Shown here piece by piece: positions 38,864 through 48,234 of a stretch of 64,000 nucleotides of DNA; position 1 is the stretch's first letter; each line of letters begins with the position of its first letter. Source of the DNA: Candidatus Krumholzibacteriota bacterium. Its GTDB lineage: Bacteria > Krumholzibacteriota > Krumholzibacteriia > JAJRXK01. A program made the position numbers and the translations under genes. The notes below the pieces were generated by a model. The model did no database searches and was not told where the DNA came from. It saw nothing but the letters and a program-made list of their open reading frames with translations. The stretch covers positions 64,001-128,000 of the forward strand of contig CAVSGG010000010.1 of the NCBI GenBank assembly GCA_963727455.1, written 5' to 3'.

Positions 38864-39817
38864 ATGGTGAAGCTCATGCAGAGTTCCGCGGAAGGACCCT
38901 CGAGTTTCCTCTTGGCGGGCGATGCCTTTCTCTTGGCACTCGACGTGGAGCAGGGCGCTTCCAACAACACTCTGGAAAGTTACGGACGCGACCTGAGGGA
39001 GTACTTGCTCTTCCTGGAGCGCGAGGGCTTTCGCGAGCCGAACGAGGTCGGACGCGAGACGGTCCTGTCCTATTTGAGTCTGCGGGAAAGGAAGGGACTC
39101 AGCGCGCGGAGCCGGACTCGTTTGCTCTCCACGCTTCGCGGATATCACCGCTACTTGAACGAATCGGGTCTCTCTTTGAGCGACCCGACGGAGAACCTGA
39201 GCGGCCCCAAACTCCCGCGCAAACTCCCGCACACCCTCCGCGTAGAGGAAGTGTTGCGACTGCTCGAAGTGCCCGATCCGTCCACCCCCTTGGGGCTACG
39301 CGACCGAGCGATTCTGGAGACCCTCTACGCCTGTGGACTCAGAGCCAGCGAGTTGTGCGAGTTGCCGCGGCGCGCTCTCGATCTGGAGCAAGCGTTGGTG
39401 CGCGTGGTGGGGAAAGGGAAGAAGGAGCGTCAAGTTCCCCTGGGAGCTCCGGCTCGCACCGCGCTCGCGAAGTACTTGCGCGAGGGCCGTCCGCGACTGG
39501 CCAAGAAAGAGCAAACGGAGAGAGTCTTTCTGAACGCGCGAGGAGGAGCTCTCAGTCGCGTGGGACTGTGGAAGATTCTCAAGAAGCATGCGCGACACGC
39601 CGGCCTGGGTGATGGGCTGAGCCCACACGTTCTCCGCCACTCCTTCGCGACGCACCTCCTCATCGGGGGTGCCGATCTGCGGGTGGTCCAGGAGCTGCTG
39701 GGCCACAGCAGTGTCGCGACCACTCAGATCTACACCCATTTGGATCGAGATTACGTGAGGGAGCAGCACCTCTTGCACCATCCCCGAGCGCGCCGATCCA
39801 AGCCGGAGGAGGCTTGA
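38864..39817 (+). CDS. xerD: Tyrosine recombinase XerD-type
   Basis: PLGLRDRAILETLYACGLRASE, GKGKKERQVP, SPHVLRHSFATHLL.GGADLRVVQELLGH, TTQIYTH, HHPRA. Confidence 0.88.
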   Translation: MVKLMQSSAEGPSSFLLAGDAFLLALDVEQGASNNTLESYGRDLREYLLFLEREGFREPNEVGRETVLSYLSLRERKGLSARSRTRLLSTLRGYHRYLNESGLSLSDPTENLSGPKLPRKLPHTLRVEEVLRLLEVPDPSTPLGLRDRAILETLYACGLRASELCELPRRALDLEQALVRVVGKGKKERQVPLGAPARTALAKYLREGRPRLAKKEQTERVFLNARGGALSRVGLWKILKKHARHAGLGDGLSPHVLRHSFATHLLIGGADLRVVQELLGHSSVATTQIYTHLDRDYVREQHLLHHPRARRSKPEEA

Positions 39818-39843
39818 CGTGTCCGCGCGCCCTCTGCTAGCTT
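39814..39843 (+). promoter_or_regulatory. Sigma-70 promoter for scpA-scpB-rluB; -35 overlaps the xerD stop codon
   Basis: TTGACG-18 nt-TAGCTT with a TG extension. Confidence 0.55.
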
Positions 39844-39934
39844 GCGCAAGCCCCACCATCTGTTGCCCAGAAGAGCCTCGGTCCACACGGTGCAGACCGA
39901 GACGCAAGGGCGAACACGCGACTTGGAGCCGTCG

Positions 39935-40843
39935 ATGATCTTTCCTCGCTCAGGCGAGTCAGCCGCCGCATTGAACGGCGAAGAGCCACACACTCGGTGG
40001 GAGGGGCAAGAGGGTCCTTCGGGCCCGGTGAGTCGTGGCTACACCATCCAGCTGGATCGTTTCGAGGGCCCCCTCGATCTCTTGCTCTATCTGATCCAGC
40101 GAGACGAGATCGACATCTACGACATTCCCATCGCGCACATCACCGAGCAGTACCTCGTCTTCATCGAGGATCTGCACTCCCTCGATCTGGAGAACGCCGG
40201 GGAATTTCTGGTGATGGCCGCCACCCTCATGCGCATCAAGGCCCGCCTGCTCCTTCCGGTACAGAGAATGGAAGAGGAGGAGGACGGAGCCGATCCGCGC
40301 GACGAACTGGTGCGCCGACTCCTGGAATACAAGAAGTACAAGGAGGCAGCCCATAGCTTCGCCGCGGCGGAGGAGCAGCGGCGCCAGTACTTCTCGCGGC
40401 CCATCGAGTATCCCTTCCGCGACCAGATTCCCCAGGAGCCGCCTGAATTCAGCCTCTCGCTCTTCGACCTCTTGGGCTCGGTGAAGGAGATTCTGGATTC
40501 TCTAAAGGGGGACCAACTCCATCACGTCTACAACATGGTGTACACCGTGGAGGAGCAGGCGGAGAAGCTCCAGGCCCTGCTGGAGGGAAGCCAGGGCATT
40601 CGCTTCCAAGAGGTCTTCGGGGGCGCCTCCTGCAAGATGGAGATCGTGGTGACCTTCGTGGCCATGCTCGAGCTGATGCGGCAAGGCCAGCTTTGGGCGC
40701 GCCAGATCGAAGCTTACGGAGAGATCTGGATCTATCCCGCGGAAGTGGACAAGAAGTCCGTGCGCCGAAAGAGGAAAAAGCGCAGCCATAAGGCGGCCAC
40801 GCCCTCCCACGACGAATTGCAGAAGGTGGGCCATGCGACGTGA
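39935..40843 (+). CDS. scpA: Segregation and condensation protein A (kleisin)
   Basis: FEGPLDLLLYLI..IDIYDIPI..ITEQYL, EFLVMAATLMRIK, DPRDELVRRLLEYKKYK, IVVTFVAMLEL; start approximate. Confidence 0.93.
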   Translation: MIFPRSGESAAALNGEEPHTRWEGQEGPSGPVSRGYTIQLDRFEGPLDLLLYLIQRDEIDIYDIPIAHITEQYLVFIEDLHSLDLENAGEFLVMAATLMRIKARLLLPVQRMEEEEDGADPRDELVRRLLEYKKYKEAAHSFAAAEEQRRQYFSRPIEYPFRDQIPQEPPEFSLSLFDLLGSVKEILDSLKGDQLHHVYNMVYTVEEQAEKLQALLEGSQGIRFQEVFGGASCKMEIVVTFVAMLELMRQGQLWARQIEAYGEIWIYPAEVDKKSVRRKRKKRSHKAATPSHDELQKVGHAT

Positions 40844-41537
40844 ACTCGAGGCGCTTCTCTTCGCTACCGATCAACCCCTGAGCGTGGCCCGTCTCGCGGG
40901 CTATTTTCCCGGCGTCGAGCGCAACGCTCTGAAGAACATGATCGAGGAGTTGCGGGCCGAGTACGACCGCGACGAACACGCTTTCACCGTGGTGGAATTC
41001 GGAGGCGGCTACAGCATCGCGACGCGTCCCGAGTTCGCTCCCGTGGTCAAGAAACTCTACCGGGGGCGGAGGAAGCTGCGGCTCTCCAAGGCCGCCCTGG
41101 AAGTGCTCTCCATCATCGCCTACAAACAGCCGGTGACCCGCCTGGAGATCGAGGAGATCCGCGGCATCCAGGCCTCCGGGGTGCTCGGCACTCTCATGGA
41201 GCGCGAGCTGGTCGAGATCGTGGGGAGAGCCGAGGGCCTGGGCAGCCCGCTCCTCTACGGCACCACCTCGACTTTCCTGGAATATTTGGGACTCCGCAGT
41301 TTGAAGGAGTTGCCGCGCCTGAGCGAGCTGGAGGATCTGCTCTCCGAGAGGGAGGAGATCAAGCAACTGGCCGGCCAACTGGGCGAGGAGATCAGCGACG
41401 AGGAATTCGAGGCGGTGGTCCATCCGCCGATGCCAGAGGAGGGGGAGAAGATGTCCTCGGCCGGCAACGGTGATGAAACCTCCGAGGCTGGTGAAGCGGA
41501 CGCTTCCTTGAGCAGAAGTGAAGGCGCTGCGGATTAA
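40833..41537 (+). CDS. scpB: Segregation and condensation protein B
   Basis: LEALLFA, LSKAALEVLSIIAYKQPVTR.EIEEIRG, G.PLLYGTT..FLEYLGL.SLKELP. Confidence 0.95.
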   Translation: MRRELEALLFATDQPLSVARLAGYFPGVERNALKNMIEELRAEYDRDEHAFTVVEFGGGYSIATRPEFAPVVKKLYRGRRKLRLSKAALEVLSIIAYKQPVTRLEIEEIRGIQASGVLGTLMERELVEIVGRAEGLGSPLLYGTTSTFLEYLGLRSLKELPRLSELEDLLSEREEIKQLAGQLGEEISDEEFEAVVHPPMPEEGEKMSSAGNGDETSEAGEADASLSRSEGAAD

Positions 41538-42258
41538 CCGATTTCTCTCCCAAGCGGGTCTGGGCTCGCGGCGCCGGGTCGAAGATCTGATTCGAGCCGG
41601 CCGCATCCGTGTGAACGGAGAGCAAGTCCAAGATCTTTCGACCCGAGTGGACCCCGTACGCGACGAGGTGGAACTGGACGGCCAGCGCGTCGTACCGCAC
41701 CGCGCAGGCGCGGTGTTCGCCTATCACAAACCACAAGGTGTGATTTCCTCGATGGCGCGCCAGGGTACGGCGCCGTGCCTCTCGGATGTTCTGCCCGAAG
41801 ATCTTCTGAACGGTCGCTTTTTCCATTTGGGCCGTCTCGATCGGGACTCCTGTGGTCTCCTGCTGCTGAGCGATGACGGGGAGCTGGGCAACGCGCTCAT
41901 GCATCCTTCGCATCCGGTGTGGAAGCGCTACCTGATTCAGCTCGATACATCGCTCACGACGGAGGAACTGCGCCGATTTGCCGGCGGCGGCTTGGTGATC
42001 GATGGGCGTCCCACACTGCCGGCCCGGATTCAGGCCGTAGTCCTTCCCGGAGAGCACAGATACCGCGTGGAGTTACGGGAGGGCCGCAAACGGCAAATCC
42101 GCAGAATGTGCGCGCAGCTGGGACACGAGGTCCTCGAACTCATCCGTGAGGCGGTCGGCCCCATCGAATTGGGAGATCTCGCCGCGGGCGAGCTTCGGCA
42201 GCTCTCGGACGCCGAGATTGAGGCGCTTCGCGAGGCCGCGGGACTTTCGCCACGTTGA
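41518..42258 (+). CDS. rluB: RsuA/RluB-family rRNA pseudouridine synthase
   Basis: S4 domain RINRFLSQAGLGSRR, catalytic GRLDRDSCGLLLL, LREGRKRQIRRM; scpAB-rluB synteny. Confidence 0.82.
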   Translation: MKALRINRFLSQAGLGSRRRVEDLIRAGRIRVNGEQVQDLSTRVDPVRDEVELDGQRVVPHRAGAVFAYHKPQGVISSMARQGTAPCLSDVLPEDLLNGRFFHLGRLDRDSCGLLLLSDDGELGNALMHPSHPVWKRYLIQLDTSLTTEELRRFAGGGLVIDGRPTLPARIQAVVLPGEHRYRVELREGRKRQIRRMCAQLGHEVLELIREAVGPIELGDLAAGELRQLSDAEIEALREAAGLSPR

Positions 42259-42283
42259 CCGGGGGTGGGGCGCCGTCTAGTTT
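42255..42283 (+). promoter_or_regulatory. Sigma-70 promoter for hisC-aroA-cmk; -35 overlaps the rluB stop codon
   Basis: TTGACC-17 nt-TAGTTT. Confidence 0.6.
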
Positions 42284-42316
42284 TGCTGAGGCGTCATTTT
42301 CCCCGAGGTGCGAACC

Positions 42317-43435
42317 ATGAGTGCAATCTCCGAGCGAGTCCGTGTGGAGGTCAGAAACCTCACGCCGTATCAGCCCGGCCGGCCAATCGAGACCGTCCGG
42401 CGCGAACTGGGCATCCCCCGGATCGTGAAGCTGGCCAGCAACGAGTATCCCGACGGGCCTTTCCCCGAAGTCATCGAGGCCGTGAAAAGCGAAGTCGGGA
42501 ATTTGAACCGCTACCCCGATCCGGGTTGCTTCGAAGTGGCGGAAGCGGTTTCCAAATTCTACGGCCTGAAGCAGAGCGAGGTATTCTTCGGCAACGGGAA
42601 CAACGAAATTCTGGAATTGCTCATCCATCTTCTCGTCGAGCCGGGCAACGAAGTTCTCTATGCCAAGCCCAGCTTCCCCATCTACGGACTCATCGCCAAG
42701 ACGCACTTCGAGGTGGGGCGCGAGATACCCTTGGATTCCAACTGGGTTCACGACCTCGACGCGATGGCCGATGCGATCCATGAGAAGACCCGCCTGATCT
42801 TCCTCTGCAATCCCAACAATCCAACCGCCAGCTATCTCACGCACGACCAGCTTGCCGAGTTCTTGAAGCGCGTGCCCGCCGAGGTCGTCGTGGCGATGGA
42901 TGAACCCTATCTGGAGTTCGTGAGCGCGAAAGATTTTCCCGATTGGAAAAGTCTCTGGAAAGACTATCCCAATCTCGTCGCGCTGCGCTCGTTCTCCAAG
43001 GGCTACTCCCTGGCCGGACTGCGGATTGGCTATCTCTTGGGAAGCGAGGAGATCGTGGGCATGCTCCATCGCGTTCGGCAGCCCTTCAACGTCAATCGAC
43101 TCGCGCAAAAGGCCGCGGCAGTCGCGATCAACTGTCGCGATCGAGTCGAGGAAAGGCGGAGGCAGAACCAGCGGCGGATGCGCAGGCTGCGCGAGGGAAT
43201 GGAGGCGCTCGGAGTAGAGGTTTTGCCCTCGCAGACCAATTTCTATTTGGCAATCGTTCCCCAGCACATCCCCGAGCTCTTCGAGAGACTCTTGCATCAA
43301 GGAGTCATCGTTCGACCCATGGAGCCTTTCGGGATGCCGGCGAGGTCCTTTCGCGTCAACACGGGGACCGAGGACGAGAACGAGTTCTATCTGGAGGCAC
43401 TGGCCAAGGTGCTTCGGGGGGAGGATCGCTCCTGA
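42317..43435 (+). CDS. hisC: Histidinol-phosphate aminotransferase
   Basis: PYQPGRP, KLASNE, NRYPD, CNPNNPT, RSFSKGYSLAGLRIGY, RQPFNVN, PSQTNF. Confidence 0.9.
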   Translation: MSAISERVRVEVRNLTPYQPGRPIETVRRELGIPRIVKLASNEYPDGPFPEVIEAVKSEVGNLNRYPDPGCFEVAEAVSKFYGLKQSEVFFGNGNNEILELLIHLLVEPGNEVLYAKPSFPIYGLIAKTHFEVGREIPLDSNWVHDLDAMADAIHEKTRLIFLCNPNNPTASYLTHDQLAEFLKRVPAEVVVAMDEPYLEFVSAKDFPDWKSLWKDYPNLVALRSFSKGYSLAGLRIGYLLGSEEIVGMLHRVRQPFNVNRLAQKAAAVAINCRDRVEERRRQNQRRMRRLREGMEALGVEVLPSQTNFYLAIVPQHIPELFERLLHQGVIVRPMEPFGMPARSFRVNTGTEDENEFYLEALAKVLRGEDRS

Positions 43436-44742
43436 GCACCGAACTGATCGCGCGTCCCAACGGACCGCTGCGCGGGAGCGTCGCGCCTCCCGGGGACAAG
43501 TCCATCAGCCATCGTGCTTTCCTCTTGAACTGCCTGGGCACAGGAAGCGCGCAGCTGAAGGGATCGAACGAGGGTCGGGATCTGCAATCCACGCGCTCGG
43601 TTCTGCGACAGCTCGGTGTCGTGATCCGTAGGCGCGGCGAGGGCTATGCCGTTCAGGGCCGCGCGGGAGCTCTACGCCCGGCCAGCGATGCTCTCGACTG
43701 CGGCAACTCCGGCACGACCATGCGCCTGCTCGCGGGCATTCTCGCCGCGCAACCCTTCACCAGCACTCTGACCGGCGATGAGAGTCTGAGGCGCCGGCCC
43801 ATGGCTCGGATCGCGGAGCCCCTGCGCCAAATGGGAGCCCGAGTCGAGGGTGAGAGCGGGGGCCGCACTCCACCTCTGATCGTGAGCGGCTGCCAGCTGC
43901 GTCCCAACCGCTTCCGCTTGCCGGTGGCATCGGCGCAAGTGAAGAGCTGTCTGCTCTTGGCCGCGGCAGCCAGCAGAGTCGAGGTGGAGATCGAGGAAGT
44001 TTCCCCCACGCGCGATCACACCGAGAAGATGCTGGCGGCCATGGGAGCAAGGATCGATTGCGAGGGAACGCGCGTGCACCTGCGCGAGAGCGCCGAGCTT
44101 CGGTGCGTGGACGTGTCGGTGCCGAAAGATCCTTCCGCTGCCGCTCTGATTCTCGCGGCGGCGGCGCCCATTCCCAAGAGCCGGGTCACGATCCAGGGGA
44201 TCTCCCTCAATCCACGCCGCAGCGCCTTCCTCGAGGTGTACGAGCGGATGGGAATCGTCATTCAACGCTCCAACGAAGAAACCAGGGCCGGCGAAGAGCG
44301 CGGAGACCTGCTCCTGGAATCCCCTCCGCTGCTGCGTCCCGTCCAGCTGAGAGCGGAGGAGGTGCCGGGTCTCATCGACGAAATTCCTGCTCTGGCCGTG
44401 TTGTGCGCGTTCGCGCCGGGAGAGAGCCGCCTGGAGGGATTGGGTGAGTTGCGGGTGAAGGAATCGGATCGGCTCGGCGCCATCGCGCGCCTCTTGCAGG
44501 ACTTCTCGGTAGAAGCCTTCGTCCAGCGCGACACGCTCGTGATCACAGGGGGAGAGGTGCTCGCTCCCAATCGCTATCGGCCGGTGCGCGATCATCGTAT
44601 GGTGATGGCAGCGGCGGCCCTGGCGGTGGGCGCCTTGAGCCGGGCGGAGAGGGGACAGTGCGAACTGATGGAAAGCGATGAGGTCGCGGTGAGTGATCCC
44701 GAGTTCTTCACCTCCCTCAGAAAGTTGAGCGGCGCAAGCTGA
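43432..44742 (+). CDS. aroA: 3-phosphoshikimate 1-carboxyvinyltransferase (EPSP synthase), apparent CTG start
   Basis: PGDKSISHRA, DCGNSGTTMRL, GDESLRRRPM, ASAQVKS, RDHTEKML, IDEIP, ELRVKESDR, DHRMVM. Confidence 0.93.
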   Translation: MSTELIARPNGPLRGSVAPPGDKSISHRAFLLNCLGTGSAQLKGSNEGRDLQSTRSVLRQLGVVIRRRGEGYAVQGRAGALRPASDALDCGNSGTTMRLLAGILAAQPFTSTLTGDESLRRRPMARIAEPLRQMGARVEGESGGRTPPLIVSGCQLRPNRFRLPVASAQVKSCLLLAAAASRVEVEIEEVSPTRDHTEKMLAAMGARIDCEGTRVHLRESAELRCVDVSVPKDPSAAALILAAAAPIPKSRVTIQGISLNPRRSAFLEVYERMGIVIQRSNEETRAGEERGDLLLESPPLLRPVQLRAEEVPGLIDEIPALAVLCAFAPGESRLEGLGELRVKESDRLGAIARLLQDFSVEAFVQRDTLVITGGEVLAPNRYRPVRDHRMVMAAAALAVGALSRAERGQCELMESDEVAVSDPEFFTSLRKLSGAS

Positions 44743-46094
44743 TGGACCCCGCCAAGGATCCCCTGCAGATCGCGATCGACGGGCCGGCTGGGTCGGGCAA
44801 GAGTTCGGTAGCCGCCCGCATATCCGAGCGCCTCGGTCTCGTTCACGTCGATACCGGCGCCATGTACCGCGCTCTCACCTACATCGCTCTGCGCGAGAAG
44901 ATCGCGCCCTCCGATGAAGACGGCTTGAGCGAGCGCCTGGGCGCGATGCGAATCGACTTCCGCCAGGGGGCTTTGCACGTGGATGGAGAGGATCTTTCCA
45001 CTGCCATTCGCACGCCGCAAGTGACCGAGAGGGTCTCGCAGGTCTCGGCTCACCCCAAAGTTCGCCGAGTCATGGTGGCGCGCCAGAGGCGTCTCTGCCG
45101 TCAATCTTCGAGCGGTTCGGTGCTGGAGGGAAGAGACATCGGCTCGGTGGTGCTTCCGCTCTCGCGTTGCAAGATCTACCTGGATGCGCAGCTTCGAGAG
45201 AGAGCGAAGCGGAGACTGTTGCAAGAGGGGGAGGAGCCCGAGGAAGGGCGACTCGAGGAGCTCGCGAAGGAAATCCAACGGCGCGACCAGCTCGATAGTG
45301 AACGCGAGCACAGCCCCCTGTTGATCTCTCCGGACGCGCACGTGATCGACACCAGCGCAATGACTCTGGAGGAGGTGGTGGACGAAGTCGCGCGGCTTGC
45401 CGCCGGCGCGAGGCCTCCCAAGCCGGAGCGTAGTGTCCTGGCCCGCTATCGCTTCCGCAAGTGGACCTACGCCGTTGTGGTGCGTCTCATCCGGCTCGTG
45501 TTCTTCGTGCCCTGTGGGATGCGCGTGTTCGGCCGCGCCAACGCCGAGCTGGCCGAAGCCGTGCTCTTCGCCAGCAACCACATCTCGCACTTCGACCCGC
45601 CGGTAGCCGGCTCCGCCCTGGGCCGGGAGCTCTACTTTTTGGCCAAACGCGAGCTCTTCGGAGGGATCTTCGGCAAGATCATCAGCCACTTCGACGCCAT
45701 TCCCATCCGCCGCGGGCGTTGGGACGAGGAGGCCATTCAGGCCGCCATTTTCGCTCTGAAACGCGGCGATTCCCTCATGTTCTTCCCCGAAGGGACCCGC
45801 AAACCGCGCGGCCGGCCCGGTCCGGGCAAGCGCGGCCTGGGGATTTTACTGGAGCGCACCGGGGTGCCTATGCTGCCTGTTTTCGTGCGTGGCACCGATT
45901 CTCTGCGCGCCTGCCTGCTCCGGCGGGAGCGCCTGGAGGTCTGGATCGGCCCTCCCCTCCGCTTGCACGCGCTGAATGTCCTGAAGAAGACGATGTCCGA
46001 CGCGGCCGTGCAGCAGCGCATCGCGAGCCTGTGGCTGGCCTGCATCCAGGAGCTGGCGGAGCGGAGCGCCCAAGGCGCGGCAAACGCCTCCTAG
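44742..46094 (+). CDS. cmk: Cytidylate kinase fused to a 1-acyl-sn-glycerol-3-phosphate acyltransferase (PlsC-like)
   Basis: N-terminal AIDGPAGSGKS, DTGAMYR, EGRDIG, RDQLDS.REHSPL; C-terminal NHISHFD (HxxxxD), FLAKREL, FFPEGTR in the same ORF. Confidence 0.9.
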   Translation: MDPAKDPLQIAIDGPAGSGKSSVAARISERLGLVHVDTGAMYRALTYIALREKIAPSDEDGLSERLGAMRIDFRQGALHVDGEDLSTAIRTPQVTERVSQVSAHPKVRRVMVARQRRLCRQSSSGSVLEGRDIGSVVLPLSRCKIYLDAQLRERAKRRLLQEGEEPEEGRLEELAKEIQRRDQLDSEREHSPLLISPDAHVIDTSAMTLEEVVDEVARLAAGARPPKPERSVLARYRFRKWTYAVVVRLIRLVFFVPCGMRVFGRANAELAEAVLFASNHISHFDPPVAGSALGRELYFLAKRELFGGIFGKIISHFDAIPIRRGRWDEEAIQAAIFALKRGDSLMFFPEGTRKPRGRPGPGKRGLGILLERTGVPMLPVFVRGTDSLRACLLRRERLEVWIGPPLRLHALNVLKKTMSDAAVQQRIASLWLACIQELAERSAQGAANAS

Positions 46095-46111
46095 TCCGCC
46101 AGAGGCGGCGC

Positions 46112-46140
46112 TTGCAGCAGCCCTTGAGGTGGACTATCCT
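46112..46140 (+). promoter_or_regulatory. Putative sigma-70 promoter of rpsA
   Basis: TTGCAG-17 nt-TATCCT; SD AGGAGG downstream. Confidence 0.5.
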
Positions 46141-46194
46141 ATGCCTCTGCCCGCCGTTGCGGGTAAATCCACGTGTAGGAGGAAATACAATCAG

Positions 46195-48090
46195 ATGAGT
46201 GAGATTTCACCCCAACCGGGCGCACCGGAAGCGTCTGCGTCTAGCTCCAATGCGGGTGCAGGCTCTGGCTCCGGCGCTCGCACCGCACCGGGCCATACCG
46301 GTGGGCATCCGGCCGCAACCGTAACCACCGAATTCGATCCCAAGGACATCGTGAATCCCGAGCTCCTCGAGGAGGATGTCTACTCTCCCGAGCAGATGCT
46401 CGAGATGATCCAGCAGTACGAGGGAACCCTCAGCGAAATTCGCGAGGGGACCATCGTGCGCGGAACGGTGGTGGAGGTTCTCGAGAACGAAGTTCTCGTA
46501 GATGTCGGTTTCAAAAGCGAAGGTGCCATCCCGATCGCCGAGTTTCGTGGTCAGGGTCGGATCAAGGTAGGCGACATTCTCGACGTCTATCTGGAGAAAA
46601 TCGAAAACCAGGACGGTCTGATCTCCCTCTCCAAGGAGAAGGCCGACTTCCTGATGGTCTGGGACGACATCAAGACCGCTTACGATACGCACCGCGTCGT
46701 ACACGGCGTGGTCGATCGGCGCATCAAGGGTGGGCTGGTGATCAAGCTGATGGGAGTGGATGCATTCCTTCCCGGTTCGCAGGTCGCGCTGCGTCAGGTT
46801 CCGGACTTGGATGCGCTGCTGCGCGAGACCCTCGAGTTCCGCATCATCAAGATCAACAAGCGGCGCCGCAACATCGTGGTGAGCCGTCGAGTCGTTCTGG
46901 AGGAGGAACGCGAGCGCAAGAAGAGGAAGCTCATCGCCGAGCTCGAGAAGGGACAGATTCGCAAGGGCGTGGTCAAGAACATCACCGACTTCGGCGCCTT
47001 CGTCGACCTCGGTGGAATCGACGGACTCTTGCACATCACCGACCTCAGTTGGGGACGCGTCAACCATCCCAACGAGATGGTAAACATCGGCGACGAGATC
47101 GAGGTGAAGGTGCTCGAGTTCGACCGCGACCGCGAGCGCATCTCTCTGGGTCTCAAGCAGCTGCAGGAGTATCCCTGGGAAGATGTCGAGGCCAAATACA
47201 CCGAAGGCAAACTGGTCAAAGGCAAGGTCGTCAGCATCACCAACTACGGGGCGTTCGTGGAATTGGAGAAGGGCATCGAGGGTCTCATCCACATCAGCGA
47301 GATGTCCTGGACGCGCAACGTCCGCCATCCCTCGAAAATTGTCAGCTTGGGGGAAGAGGTGGAGGTCATGGTGCTGAAGGTCGACAAGGAGAGCGAGAAG
47401 ATCTCCTTGGGACTCAAGCAGGCCGAACCCGATCCCTGGGAGACTCTCGAAGAGCGCTTCCCGGTGGGGACCAAGCTCACGGGCAAGGTGCGCAACCTGA
47501 CCGACTTCGGCGCCTTCGTCGAGGTCGAGGAAGGAATCGACGGCCTGGTGCACATCTCCGACATGAGTTGGACCAAGCGCATCCGTCATCCCAAGGAAAT
47601 CGTCAAGAAGGGCGACACGGTGGAGGTCGTCATCCTGGACATCAACCAGGAGCGCCGCCGCATCAGCCTGGGCATCAAGCAGATGCAGGAGAATCCCTGG
47701 GAGGAGTTGGGCGAGAAATACAGCGCGGGCACCGAGTGCAAGGGAACCATCATGCGGCTGCTGGACCACGGCGCCATCATCGAGGTCGAGGACCAGGTGG
47801 AGGGCTTCGTGCCGGCGCAGCAACTCGCAATTCCCGAAATGTCCTCGGCCCAGGAGCACTTCCGGGTCGGTGAGGAGATTCCCCTCACCGTCATCAAGAT
47901 GGACGTGGAGAACCGCAAGATCGTTCTCTCGGCCCAGGAGTACTTCGCGAAGCATGAAGACGAGCTCGAGGCTTACATCGAGGCTCATCCGAAACGTGAG
48001 CTCACCGAAGAAGAACTCGCGGCGGGCGAGGCCTACAAGGGTGACGAGCTCGACGAAGAACTGGCGGCGGAGAACGCACAGGACTCCTAA
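46195..48090 (+). CDS. rpsA: 30S ribosomal protein S1
   Basis: Six S1 repeats (VDVGFKSEG, AFLPGSQV, DFGAFVDLGGIDGLLHITDLSW, NYGAFVE..GLIHISEMSW and others). Confidence 0.97.
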   Translation: MSEISPQPGAPEASASSSNAGAGSGSGARTAPGHTGGHPAATVTTEFDPKDIVNPELLEEDVYSPEQMLEMIQQYEGTLSEIREGTIVRGTVVEVLENEVLVDVGFKSEGAIPIAEFRGQGRIKVGDILDVYLEKIENQDGLISLSKEKADFLMVWDDIKTAYDTHRVVHGVVDRRIKGGLVIKLMGVDAFLPGSQVALRQVPDLDALLRETLEFRIIKINKRRRNIVVSRRVVLEEERERKKRKLIAELEKGQIRKGVVKNITDFGAFVDLGGIDGLLHITDLSWGRVNHPNEMVNIGDEIEVKVLEFDRDRERISLGLKQLQEYPWEDVEAKYTEGKLVKGKVVSITNYGAFVELEKGIEGLIHISEMSWTRNVRHPSKIVSLGEEVEVMVLKVDKESEKISLGLKQAEPDPWETLEERFPVGTKLTGKVRNLTDFGAFVEVEEGIDGLVHISDMSWTKRIRHPKEIVKKGDTVEVVILDINQERRRISLGIKQMQENPWEELGEKYSAGTECKGTIMRLLDHGAIIEVEDQVEGFVPAQQLAIPEMSSAQEHFRVGEEIPLTVIKMDVENRKIVLSAQEYFAKHEDELEAYIEAHPKRELTEEELAAGEAYKGDELDEELAAENAQDS

Positions 48091-48129
48091 GCCCCACGCC
48101 TCGTCGATCTCGACCGAGACGTGTGCAGC

Positions 48130-48166
48130 GAGGCCCCGCCCGGATTACCCGGACGGGGCCTCTCTC
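48130..48166 (+). terminator. Terminator-like hairpin after rpsA
   Basis: GAGGCCCCG-C-CCGG/CCGG-A-CGGGGCCTC stem with one mismatch, pyrimidine tail. Confidence 0.5.
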
Positions 48167-48234
48167 GATACGCGAGATTTCAGGGGACTTGGCTCGCGCC
48201 CTCGGACGGCGCGGGAACACGAGAAGGAACGATC

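Noticed and set aside
30722-39817. Two tyrosine recombinases as evidence of an integrated mobile element
   Set aside because: Both have XerC/XerD-type sequences in conserved housekeeping contexts (trmFO-xerC-hslVU; xerD-scpAB). No att repeats or cargo genes were seen.
46970-47600. Repeated nucleotide motifs (GACTTCGGCGCCTTCGTCGA) suggesting a repeat array
   Set aside because: Explained by the tandem S1 domains of RpsA; not CRISPR-like.
46207-47988. Long antisense ORF opposite rpsA, and similar long shadow ORFs opposite secA, purH, mutL and the regulators
   Set aside because: Expected stop-poor antisense frames in GC-rich, codon-biased genes; no recognisable protein motifs.
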